A stretch of DNA of 64,000 nucleotides, from NCBI RefSeq assembly GCF_021028975.2, contig NC_059428.1, forward strand, positions 149,048,001 through 149,112,000, given 5' to 3'. A program made the position numbers and the translations under genes. The notes beneath the pieces are model-generated. The model saw only the letters and a program-made list of their open reading frames with translations, made no database searches and was not told the DNA's origin. Shown here one piece after another: positions 1 to 11,500 of the stretch; positions within the stretch are counted from its first letter, which is position 1; every line of letters starts with the position of its first letter. Source of the DNA: Sphaerodactylus townsendi. Lineage: Eukaryota.

Positions 1-1029
1 AAAGCAAAACACTCCACGTGGGTGCATGAGGGAGAATCAGATCCCCAGACTGACCTTTTGAAAAGGAGCATTTAGACATGCAATTCACATCACAAGATCT
101 CTGGAGATCTCATGTGAGGAACCCACATATTCGTGCATTGAGTGTATCTTGAAAGTACTTCAAAAGAACAAGCAGATCTTCACATCTAAGCGCGAAAGAA
201 CAATTGCATTTCAGCTTTTCAACACCTGGGACTTACCCCTGGGTAAAATCCTGCACATTTATTGGAAGGGGTTTCTGCTAGAAAGCCCTTTCTGAAGCTG
301 GGACCGCTGTGCTTGCATTATGGAAGTGTGCTAAAACACAGACCTTCTGGAAAGGGGTTTCTGACTGTTGTCAGCCTGCCCGGATAAGTCTCCGTTAGAA
401 GGACAAAAGGAGGAGGGTGGTATTTGTTGAGCCATTGGGAATGTGGTTCTATATTGTAAAACGAACCTAGGAAATAGAGATATCTTTAAATATATTTGTG
501 TGATAGAGAAAGAGATCTGGGGGAGTTTTTCATCTCTCCAGTTGCTGTTTTTCAACAACAGAAACTCCGAAAGGGAGACTCTATGCCAGGATGAAGAACA
601 AGAATCTGGCAACAATCTTTATTCTACCCCCCCTCCCCCCCGAGGTATCTTCGCCCTCTTCTTCATGGTGACCCCCTGGTGGGGTTGTCAAGGCACGAGA
701 GTCCCAGAGGGGAGTTTGCCATTGCCTGCCTCGGCAGGGGGACCCTGGGGGATCTCCCATCCCAGAGTTAAGGAGGGTGAATCCGGCTCAGCCACCAAGG
801 TCTGCCGAGGGAACTACTGAGGACCGCTGTTTCCCTCCTGCCCACCCCATGGGCAGCTGCCAGCTGAGGACAGGACAGGGGAGCCCGCAGGGGATGGAGT
901 CCCTGGAAGGGTGGCATCATGCGGTGGAGGCGCGAGTCTTGGAGACGCCTCAGCTACCTTCCCCCCCATCCTGAGCTCAGAGTTTCTTCAGCCCAGCTGC
1001 AAGGAGAGCTCTGCAAACTGTACAGGAGT

Positions 1030-1940
1030 GCTTACGGGGGGGGGGGGGGATCGGCGGGAGGGAGGAACAGTTCCCGAAAGAGCAGGCAGTGCAGAGGACG
1101 GGGGGGGGGGGGGCAGAGGGCTTCAGAGGTGGACCTCCCTCCCTCCCCCATGCAAGCGCTTCTCCAGGGACGGGTCCCTGGAAGCCCCCTGGTCTGGTCT
1201 GGTCCGGCCCGCAGCAGGCGCTGGCCCAGGGGCTCTGCGGGGGCTGCCCTCTCCCGCCTGCCTGCCACCCCCCTCCCGGGGGGGTGCTCTGCTGCGGAAA
1301 AAGTCGGGGGCTTCCGAAAGCGCCTGGCAGGTCTCCACCGCTGGCCCGGGACGTTGCGCTCCGCAGCGCGCTCAGCCCCCCGCCGGCCCCGGGCGCCGCA
1401 GCCTTCCTTACCCGAGGCAGCTCATCTTCCTCCTCCTCCTCCGGGCATCCTCCGGCCCGCGGCAGGGAAGGGCGAAGGAGGGCAGCAGGGGGTCGCCGCC
1501 GCCGCCGCCGCACGTGCCCGATGCCGCTGCAAAGGAGCCAGCCGCCGAAGCTGGCCCGGACTGGGAGCCGGGCGGGGCGGAGCCAGCCGGGAGCCCAGCG
1601 GGGAGGGGAGGGGGGGCAGGCAGGCTGCACCGCCGCCGCACGCGCCCCCTCCCCCCTCGACTCTCCACACCGCCGCCGCGTGTGGGGCCAAAGGCAGTGT
1701 CGTCCACTAGCTGCAGGGCAGGCGCTCAGTCCCGGCCCCTCGGCTTGGCCTACCGCGCAGGGTTGTTGTGAGGACGAAGACGCGGAGGGAGAAGCAGGCG
1801 CTCTCCCTCTCCAGGGAAGAAAGGGGCCAGAGATCAGCAGGTGGACTGGCTCCCCGCAAGGCTGGCATCCAGACCCAGACGGCAGCAAAGAGCCCACGGG
1901 ACACTGACCCCACTGACCATCCCCTCCCCCCCGCCCCCGA
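1030..1940 (-). promoter_or_regulatory. CpG island / internal promoter for short delphilin
   Basis: Very GC- and CpG-rich stretch with GC boxes and CCG repeats, surrounding and lying upstream of the MSCLG exon. Confidence 0.75.
1412..1425 (-). CDS. GRID2IP: Alternative first coding exon of short (alpha-type, N-palmitoylated) delphilin: M-S-C-L-G
   Basis: The minus strand reads ATG AGC TGC CTC GG|GTAAGG inside a CpG island. It ends in phase 2, the same phase as the long-form exon ending at 5545. MSCLG is the recalled N-terminus of delphilin-alpha. Confidence 0.85.
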
Positions 1941-2101
1941 CTGCCCAAGGCAATAGACAGGGAGAAGAACCTCGCCCCATATCTCTCTGACCCCGTTTTA
2001 AATCCAAGCCGGTGGCTGGCACAACATCCCAAAGCAAGATTTCCTCTCTGTACTTCCTTTGCGTCCAACGTGATCGGTGGTGGAAAGTCCTGACTTCTGT
2101 T

Positions 2102-2262
2102 GCTGCTGACTTGTGATGGCCCCATCCGGTTTGCAAGGCAAGAGACGGTTTGCTATTTCCCGCTGCCTCTGCCCAGCAGCCCTGCACTTCCTTGAGGGCC
2201 CAAGGACTGACCGGGGCCAGCCCTGCTTAGCCTTTGAGGTCTCCTGAAGTCAGGGCAGCCTG
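2102..2262 (-). mobile_element. Degenerate 5S rRNA-derived SINE
   Basis: ccagccctgcttagcc matches the reverse complement of 5S rRNA. The caaggcaagagac...tttgc body is shared with the copies at 47697 and 55740. Confidence 0.55.
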
Positions 2263-2617
2263 GGCTGGCCAAGTAGGTCAGGGCCCAAAGGGGCTAGACG
2301 ACGGGGTAGAAAACTTTTGGCAGCTCCATGTGTGCCCAGGATTTTCGTGGCAAAGGTCCCTGGAAGCCCCCTCTGGTCTGGTCCGGCCCGCTGGTCTCTC
2401 CGGGGCCTGGGGGCACTCTAGGGGGAAATCTAGTCTCTCCGGAGGCTACTCAGGAGCAAGGCTCTCAGTCAGCTGCCCAGGTTATGTTTTGCACGTGGCT
2501 GCGAGTGGAGGGGGAGGGTCAGTCATTTTGGAACCTGAAGTAGAAAATCTTCAGCTGGGGGAGAAAGAGAGAGGAAGAAGGAACGAATGCATGCTCTGAG
2601 ATTAATCTTGGAAGTGG

Positions 2618-2987
2618 GGGGCAGCAGTGGCGTAGGAGGTTAAGAGCTTGTGCATCTAATCTGGAGGAACCGGGTTTGATTCCCTGCTCTGCCGCCTGAG
2701 CTGTGGAGGCTTATCTGGGGAATTCACATTAGCCTGCACACTCCCACACACGCCAGCTGGGTGACCTTGGGCTAGTCACAGCTTCTCAGAGCTCTCTCAG
2801 CCCCACCCACCTCACAGAGTGTTTGTTGTGAGGGGGGGAAGGGCAAGGAGATTGTCAGCCCCTTTGAGTCTCCAGCAGGAGAGAAAGGGGAGATATAAAT
2901 CCAAACTCCTCCTCTTCTTCTTCTTCTTGTTCTTCTTCTTGTTCTTCTTCTTGTTCTTCTTCTTCTTCTTGTTCTTCTTCTTCTTCA
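2618..2987 (+). mobile_element. tRNA-derived CORE SINE (Ther1/MIR-related, Squam3-like) with expanded (CTT/GTT)n tail
   Basis: tRNA-like A and B boxes (agtggcgtagg...gggtttgattcc), CORE motif gctgggtgaccttgggctagtcac...ctctctcagcc, 3' ataaatccaaactc and a trinucleotide tail at 2906-2987. Confidence 0.85.
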
Positions 2988-5544
2988 TAGTGACAAAGCC
3001 GTCTGGGGAGGGTTCAGATGGGGTCTGCAGTGCTGATGGAAAAGGAGGCCTTTCCAATCTCGTGCCATTTTACTGGCATCTCACATTTTATCTTGTAAAA
3101 AATATCAGGGATCTGCCCTCATTTCCTCTATTTTGGTCTTGATGAACATAGAGCAGTGACCCCTGGGGAATGGCCCGAGGGTCTCACACAGCTCCTAGAG
3201 ACCCATGTGGTTCCATGTGGGGTGGAACGTGCTCCGGGGCTCGGATCCGTTCTCCCACTGAGCTGTCACTACTAGTATCCAAGTATTGTCACCGCCCGAG
3301 GAAACCAGGTCATCATGCACTGTGGAAGGACCTCCTCAGGCTGCAATCAATGAAGGTGACTTTGAAAGGAGAAGAAGCAGGCAAGTTATTTAAGAACGTC
3401 ACTATCTTTTCTGACCGTGTTCTTTTTGAGTCCCCCTAAGTGGAGCTCAGACAGAGTAACTTGGTGGGTCCTAAATGCACTGGCGCTGCCCAGAACTCTG
3501 CTGCTGCTGGCATCAAGTGCCAGAGTCTCAGATCTATGAAGTGTCTGTGGGTTGAAAACCCCTTTCTGTGCAAGGCCAGAGTGTAGGATTTAAGTAAATT
3601 ATTTAAGAAGGCTTTCCTGTGCAGACAACAACGTTGAATTGTGCAAAATGATTCACAAAGTTACTTGGATGAACAACTTGGGACTGTGAGATATGCTATT
3701 CTGCACAGCTTGCTGTAAGTTGGATCCTACCATGTAATTTTTGCAGTGTTTAATGTGTCATGTTAATGGTTAGGCTTCCTTCAGTTCAGTTTTTAGATTT
3801 CTGGTGGGTTAAATCTACAACCCTAATTCCCACCGCGCTGTTTCTCGAATGTCCCATCCTGCAGATTGTATTGACTCGTTATGTGTCATCTGCCTTGACT
3901 GCCAGTGAGAATGTAAATAAACGAATAACATAGGATGAGGCTAAGGAGGCCACCGCAGGCAGGGAGTAGCAGGGAAGCCTTATTACTGGAGTGGGGGATC
4001 GAGGGCTGAGGGCAGACCCACACGCGCAGGGAGCTGTCCAGGGGCTGGCTCCAGAGTGCAGTAGAGAAACCAGACTTCTCCGGCTCTTGGGCAGCTGGGA
4101 AGCCTCCCCAGCAACGGATCAGTGCTGAGGACGGCCACAATATTCCCGCTCTGGGCTGACCGGTCAAGGTTTAGAGCCTTTTTGATTTGCTCTTCCAGGG
4201 CATCTTCTGCCTGGCCCTGTATACACCGCATTTCCTCGACTCCAGCCCCTCTGCCTTTCCTGTTCTTGATGTTGAGGGGCAGGTCATGGGGTATGACTGT
4301 CACAGGCTGGTGGGAGTCTGGTCTGCTTGGCTCAGATGTTATTGCAATGCCCCCCTCCCCGTCCAAAAACACACTTTTATTTGGCCACTGCAAAGCACAG
4401 AAGTGTTCATGTCTGTTGCTTTTAGATTACGCAGGGAGACACCAATGTTGACCAAGGCAAGCAGAACATCACTAGTTTGAGTATCCCTTGGAGCTGTGCA
4501 GGGAATGGCTCCAGAGAGCTTCTAGTAGCAATACTGAACTTCAAGGACTGTTGGTCTGACTCCATAAAACCACCCAGCCCCTCTCGTGAGGACAACACAG
4601 CAGCTGGAGAAAGACTGAGGAGCACTTGGTAGAGGTTCGGGAATGCAGTTGGCCCTTCCGAAGGAAGGAACAGACTCCTGGGCAGCTGTCTCCCTTCGCC
4701 TGCCCTTGTGTGAGGTTGTTATGGAAACGGCAATCTCTCCCAGTTGCACAGATTAGAAGCAGAAATTGGGAGCGCGGAGCCAGATGGAGGCCTTATTGCC
4801 TAATGACCAGGGTCTCCGAAGGTCCATAATCCCTTCCATGAACCTCACGTGCAGACGGTGCCCCACTGCAGAGCTGCATCCCCCCGCCCCCCCGCCCCCC
4901 GATAGATTCAGAAGGATGTTTCCCTCATGTGTTAAACATGCGCTACCTGGCCAAGGTCAGGCCAAAAGGGCAGCTGGCAGTTTAGTCCAGGCAAACAGCA
5001 TTAGAGGTTCTATTTCATAAAAGGTGGCTGGATGTATTTCCTGCTGCCTCAGCTGCACATGGATGCATTTATGCATTTATTTACTTATTCCATTGAGACG
5101 TTGGGAACGGATCCCTGCATGTGCACCTCCTGGTCCCCCCTCCCGCTCCTAATGACGTTGCTCACTCTCAGAGGCTCGCTCTCCTTCAGAGCAGGTGGGG
5201 CGCTAGGTGTGGCGTTCTCTGGGAAGCTCGGAAGGTGGTTTTTTTCTGGTGCAGCCCTTGTCCTTTGTTTTACAGTTCAGCGATTCTGTGCAATCTAACC
5301 TCCACCCCCCTCTTCCCCCCCCCCCAGCAAAGCGATTAGTGTCTGTTAAGGTTTACGGCCATCTGTGTGGCATGTTTACCATTTTTTCAACTAACCCAAT
5401 CCCCTTCCCTGCCCCCTGATCAGCTCACAATCCCAGGAAGCACAAATGGGAAAGACACGGAAGTCAACAAGGGTGTACTAAACGCCTCGGCCCTTTGCAT
5501 CGTGTTCTACGCAAAACAGCCGCGCGAGGAAGGTTGCCAAATAC

Positions 5545-8500
5545 CTGATGTTATCCAGGAGGAGGTGCTGCGACTCTTTGGTAAGAACCATTGCAAGGGC
5601 GTAAGCCAAGTAGTCCACCTTCCTCTCAGCTGCATACTGCTTCAGGATGGTGAACATCTTCTCTTTCACTTCCGGCTGGTCCCCCAGGATCTCCTGCACC
5701 TGTGCATGAAACAGCCTTCTGAGGAACAAAGGGGCTGGCTTGGGATTCTCTGCCTGCACCAGAAATGACCCCAGATGGCCTGGAAACCCCCAAGGGAACC
5801 ATTGGCCACCATCACTGACATTTCCTGGGTCTTGTCCAGTTCTCAGCCTCCTAGCAATACCAGAAATGTACATGCGGCTTCTAAAAGGAAGTTTCAAGTG
5901 TTTACCCATCTCGAGCTTTGGCCCCCACCCGATCTGAAGCCCTTTTCGCATGAACCCATGAAGCCGTCTTAGAGTGAATCTGATCCTCCCTCCATCAGGA
6001 CCAGTCATGCCTACTCTGACTGGCCACAGCTCTCCGGGGCTTCAGGCAGAGAAAGGTCTTTCACGTCACCTACTGACTGGTTCATTTTTTTGAAAAAGGA
6101 GAGGCCAGGGATTAAAGCTGGGACCCTCCGTGCCCCTCACAGGTGCTCTGCCACAGACCCCTCCCCAGCTTTATTCTTCATGAGCTGTTCTGTGAGGTCA
6201 TGACAAACATCAACGCGGCAACTGTCGGTGCGTGCTGCTTTAGAGAGCTGTTGGGGTTGAACCATCTTGGAAGGCCAAATTTTGCTGCTTGCAAACACCG
6301 TTTAGCCCCACTGTTTGGAAGCCCCCTCGTGGACATGCCCTCCTCGTGTCCAGGACAGCTTCTTGAGCATTCCCATCTCTCACCTCCAGCACCAGAGAGG
6401 GGATAGAAATGGGAATGTGAAGTACAAGATGCCAAGGAGGAGCAGCAAAACTTTGCATAAGGCAGAAGAAAGGAGTCGCAGCCCCTTCCCCAGGTGCCTG
6501 GCCCACTTCGAGGCTCTCCAGAGCCAATTAGCAGCAACAGGCGTTTGCAACCTACATCCTGAAACCGCAAGGTCTACACAGAAATCACGTGATCGGGGCT
6601 GACATTCTCATGAGGCATCAGACACTTGAAGGTGACTCCATCTGGAGCAGCGCCTGTCTCTCCTGCAGCAGCTGCCTCACACGAGGGAGGAAGAGGGTCC
6701 TTTGAATGCCGCAGCCCAGGCAGCCGAGGAGAGAAGGGGTTGTGGAACCCTCCAGGGACATAGCCCACTTCAATCATTTCTGAAAGTTTCACATCTGCAC
6801 GGTCCGCTCTGCTTATCTGTAACTGCTGCTGTGTTCTACGCTGGTCCCAGTTTTGAAAGGAGACAGGTGCGAGTTTTGCAGAGCCCACTGTGACCTGTGC
6901 AAACTGGATTCCGTTTCGTGTCCACAGCAAACTGGGAAAGAAAGGCTTTCTTGCTTGCTTGCTCCTGATCAATCTCGAGGAACCTTATATTATAGCTGTG
7001 AGGGGGCCACAGAGAGGGAGCCTTGGGGAGGGGCCATCCTCAGCATCTCCAATCCACAGAATCATACGGTTGGAAGAGACCCCAAGGGCCATCCAGTCCC
7101 GCCCCCAGCCATGCAGGAACACACCATCAAAGTGCTCCCAATAGATGGCCATGCAGCCTCTGTTGAAAAACCTCCAGAGAAGGAGACTCTGGCAGCCTCT
7201 GAGGCATCGTAGTGCACTGCTAAACAGGCCTTACCACCAACAAGTTCTTCCTAAAGTTTAGGTGGAATATTTTCTTGTAGTTTGAACCCATGACTCCTGG
7301 TCCTAGTCTCCGCAGCAGCAGAAAACAAGCTTGCTCCCTCACCAACATGACATCCCTTCAAATACCTAAACAGGGCTGTCATGTCACCCCTTGGCCTTCA
7401 CGTCTCCAGGCTAAACATGCCCAGCTCCCTAACCTCTCCTCATAGGGCGTGGAATCCAGACCTTCTCCCTCCTCTTGGTCGCCCTCCTCCTCTGGACATC
7501 CTGTAGCTTGTCAATATCCTTCAAAGGCCCAGGCAGTGAGTGGTGGGAAAGACCTGCGCCAGTCTGAGCAAAAAAACACTGGTGGTCTCGGTGGTCTGAT
7601 TTAGGATGGAAGAGGGAGCTGCTCCATGAGAGCCGGTCTGGATCTTGGTGAGCCAGGTGTTGCAAGGACGCCCCCTGTACTAAATCTGTGCTTTAACCTC
7701 TCTAGGGGTGTGGCGCAGGGTGGTAAGCTGCAGTTCTGCAGTCAATAGCTCTGCTCGTGACCTGAGGGAGCAGCGAGGGGCCTTTTTAGTGACTGGGTCA
7801 AGCCAAAGAGGTAAACTAGTGTCAGGAGCTGCCCCTGCTTGTTGTAGCCTTTGCAGAGAAGGGCCGGAAGCAACTGAGATTAACTTCTGGTGCGGATGTC
7901 TCTTTCTCTTTCCCATGGCAGAGACATCAGCCTGGGCTGCTGGAAGGAAGGTGCCTTCTGATACCCAGGTGGCAAAACAGGTGGGGAGATCGTGCGAACT
8001 GGCTCTGCATGACAGACAGTTTCCCCACTGCAGCAAAGGTTCGTCTCTCCCCAGTGGCATACCTGCCTAGGGACAGGGGGTACCCTATGTCCCCGGGCGC
8101 TCCCATTTGGTCATGTGGGGGGGGCGCCACCATTTCAGGGTCGTTTGTGTGTTTATAAATTTTAAGCATTTTTTACGTTTTGGCCTGCAGGGGGCGCCAA
8201 ACTTTCAGGGTACCAAACTAGCGGCACCAAACTTTCAGGGTACCATCCAGAGACTGTCCTGTTGATATCGCCCGAGTTTGGTGATGTTTGGATCAGGGGG
8301 AGCAAAGTTATGGACGCCCAAATGGAATGCCCCCATCCCCATTGTTTTCAGTGGGAGCTAACAGGAGATGGGGGCTACCCATTTGAGGGACCATAACTTT
8401 GGTTCTCCTGAACCTAACTACACCAAACTTGGGTGGCATCATAAGAATAGTTACCAGATGATACCCTGAAATTTGCCGGATGGCTCACTAACACAAAAAT

Positions 8501-11500
8501 ACACCTCTTCCAGGCACCCCAAGAAATTTGCCCAAGATTCTTTGTTTTGCAGTGACTTTGCTCCATTGTAGCCAATGGGGAATTTCTGAGTGTGTAGGCA
8601 GGCTGCACACTTTTGAAGATAGAGGAATCAGACTTTCATGGTGGCTCAGGAGGCCCTCCTGGTAATAGCATCCAGGTTTGGAGACCTTTGCTTCAGGGGG
8701 TTCAATTTTATGGTCCCCCAAAAGGCTTATTTTGTTTCCCCACTCCTGCCCATGAAAGCCTGTGGGCTGAGTTCTCTCAGAACTCTCTCAACTTGCGCCC
8801 CCCCCCCCCACTCCAGAAGCAAAGCTCACCAAGCTTGGATGCTATTACCCAAGACCTCTTGGAGCCACCTTGAAAGTCTGGCGCCTCTATTTTAAAAAAT
8901 GTGTGGTCAGTGCTTACACACTCAGAAATTCCCCAGAATCTGCCAGACTCTTCCGCAAGTTCTGTGGTGGGAAAAATTACTTTTCCCACCATAGACTTCA
9001 ATGGGGCTTTCTGTTATGCCCAGATGGCTCTGTGGTAGAGGTTTCAACAGGAAAAGCACTGTGGTAGAGTCTTGCTCTGGGTGAGGGGCATTTCCTGCAG
9101 GGCTGCTGGTGTGAGTCTCCCTGAAAGGAACCAACCAAAATTTGCTAAAATGTGTGTGGAGAGAGAGAAAATGCTGTGGGCACCAGAGTTTTGGGTGAAC
9201 CTGAGTGCCCACAGCGTGCAGCCATCCCAGAGCGAAACTTTGGCAAAAGTTGGCTGCAGTTCCTTTCGGGAAAGACTTCCACACCAGCCCTGCAGGAAAT
9301 AAGTGCCCCCGCCCAGAGCAAGATTTCCCACTACTACAGTGCCCCTCTGTTGAAACCTCTACCACAACACCATCTGGGCATAACGAAAAGCTTACTGAGA
9401 AGTCTATGGTGGGAAAAAATAATTATTTTTCCCACCATAGAATTTGCTGAAGAGCCTGGCAGATTACCGGGGAAATTCTGAGTGTGATAGCACTGACTCC
9501 TGACCTGAAAATAGAAGCGCCAGACTTTCAAGGTAACTCGAATGGTATCTTTAGTCATAGCATCAGCTAAAGCTTGGTGAGCTTTGATTTTGAGGAGTGG
9601 AGTGAGGGCACGCAGTTAGTTCTGAGAGAACTCAGGCCATCCAGGCTTCATGGGCAGGAGTGGGAAACAAAATAAGCCTTTTGAGGGGGCCCATAAAAAT
9701 GGAACCCCCCAGAAGCAAAGGCCTCCAAACCTGGATGCTATTACCAGGAGGCCTCCTGGAAGGAGCCACCTTGAAGAAGTCTGGTGCCTCTATCTTCAAA
9801 GTAATGTGCAGCCTTATAACACTACACACTCAGAAATTCCCCATTGGCTACAATGGAGCAAAGTCACTGCCAAAACAAGAGAATCTTGGGCAAGATTTCT
9901 TGGGGTGCCTGGAAGGGGTGTATTTTTTAAAGAGCTAGAGTGACACCAAAATTTCAGGGTATCATCTGGTAAACTATTCTTATGATGCCACCCAAGTTTG
10001 GTGGAAGTTAGGTTCAGGGGGACCATGAAGTTATGGTCCCTCAAATGGGAGTAGCCCCATCTCCTGTTAAAGCTCCCACTGAAGAAGCAATGAGGGATGG
10101 GGGGGCATTCCATTTGGAGACGTCCATAACTTTGCTCCCCTGATCAAACATCACCAAACTTGGGTGGTATCATCAGGGCAGTCTCTTGATGATGACCCTG
10201 AAATCATGATGCTGCTAGCTTTAAAAATGCCCTCCCTGCAGGCCAAAAAACACCAAAAATACCCCCCCCCAAAAGCCCAAATACCTTGCATTTGTTCATA
10301 TTTGGGCAGGACATAATCGGACACTTTTTGTCCAAATTTGCCCAAAATTGCCCAGATTCTGGCTGAATTTGTTTCATCTGAATCTCCAACCTTCAAAAGT
10401 GATGCTGTTTTAGGGTAGGGGAGAATCCACCCCCAAACAGCATCACTTTCAATTTTGTTTTAACCGGGGACCCCAGATTCTTCCTTTAAGATGGATTTAA
10501 AAAAGGAATCTGAGCTCCCTAGTTTAAACACCATTGAAAGTGATGCTGTTTGGGGGTGGATTCCACTGGAGGTGTTTTGTGAGAGATGATGCTGACATTT
10601 GTTTGGTAAATGTTTTGCTGGGGGTGATTTGTGAGAGATTTACATGCTTAATACCCACTTGCACTGGCTTGGAGTTGTTTCTCAGGCTAACAACCTACCA
10701 CATAGGGTTGTTGTGATTAGGAAATTAGGAAAAGAATTGGTGGGGAGAGAGCCATGGATGTTTTGCTGGTAGTGGGAGGTGTTTTGTGAGCTGGTGCAAA
10801 AAAATCATTGTTTGTTCATGGTGGGGGAGGGTGGCCGCCCATTTGCAGGGGGGAGGGCGCCAAACTCAGGTTTTGTCCCTGGGCTCCAGTTTGCCTAGGT
10901 TCGCCCCTGTCTCTCCCACAGCTACCAATATCCCAGTGTAGGTCCAGCAGCAAAGCCTAGTTGTACAAACACCTTGAAATGTAGTGGGTCAGATTTAAGT
11001 TCCACGGGCTTGTCAGTCTCCTCGATGCATGCGCAAGGCAAGTTGCCTCTTGATTGTTTTTCAGATGCCTGTGCCATACGATTGCCTGCCTGCGTTTGCC
11101 CTTTCATCTCTTGCAGGGGTCTGCAACCTGCGGCTCTCCAGATGTTCATGGACTACAAATCCCATCAGCCCCTGCCAGCAATGCCAATTGACCATAATGG
11201 CAGGGGCTGATGGGAATTGTAGTCCATGAACATCTGGAGAGCCGCAGGTTGCAGACCCCTGCAGGGAAAGGGAGACCAGCTTAGAAAAAAAGAAAGCAGA
11301 ACATTTAGCAGAAAGGCCTGGAATAGATTATCCCTGAGGCTTCCACAGCCCAGTCTCTTGTGGGAGCTTTCCCACCCACCCCACTAAATGTGTGAATGGT
11401 TCCTTCAGGGGATTTTATGGAAGCATTCCTCCATGCTTCCTGCTGAGTCTAGGTAATTCAAAAAGGGAGAAAGAGACTTTTACTTCCTTTCACTAATCCC

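Noticed and set aside
231-268. Minus-strand ATG TGC AGG...G|GTAAGT as another Cys-containing delphilin first exon
   Set aside because: It ends in phase 1, incompatible with the phase-2 shared exon, and the phase-2 frame has no ATG before a stop.
911-2125. Several 260-380 aa overlapping ORFs on both strands
   Set aside because: These are stop-poor by-products of a GC-rich CpG island, with low-complexity G/P/A/R sequence and no domain. Only the MSCLG mini-exon is supported.
2812-3142. Poly-Lys and poly-Phe ORFs
   Set aside because: Translations of the SINE (CTT)n tail.
8414-10396. Pairs of similar ORFs on opposite strands, considered as duplicated genes or a transposase
   Set aside because: They are mirror translations of the palindrome arms, with no DDE or BED motifs.
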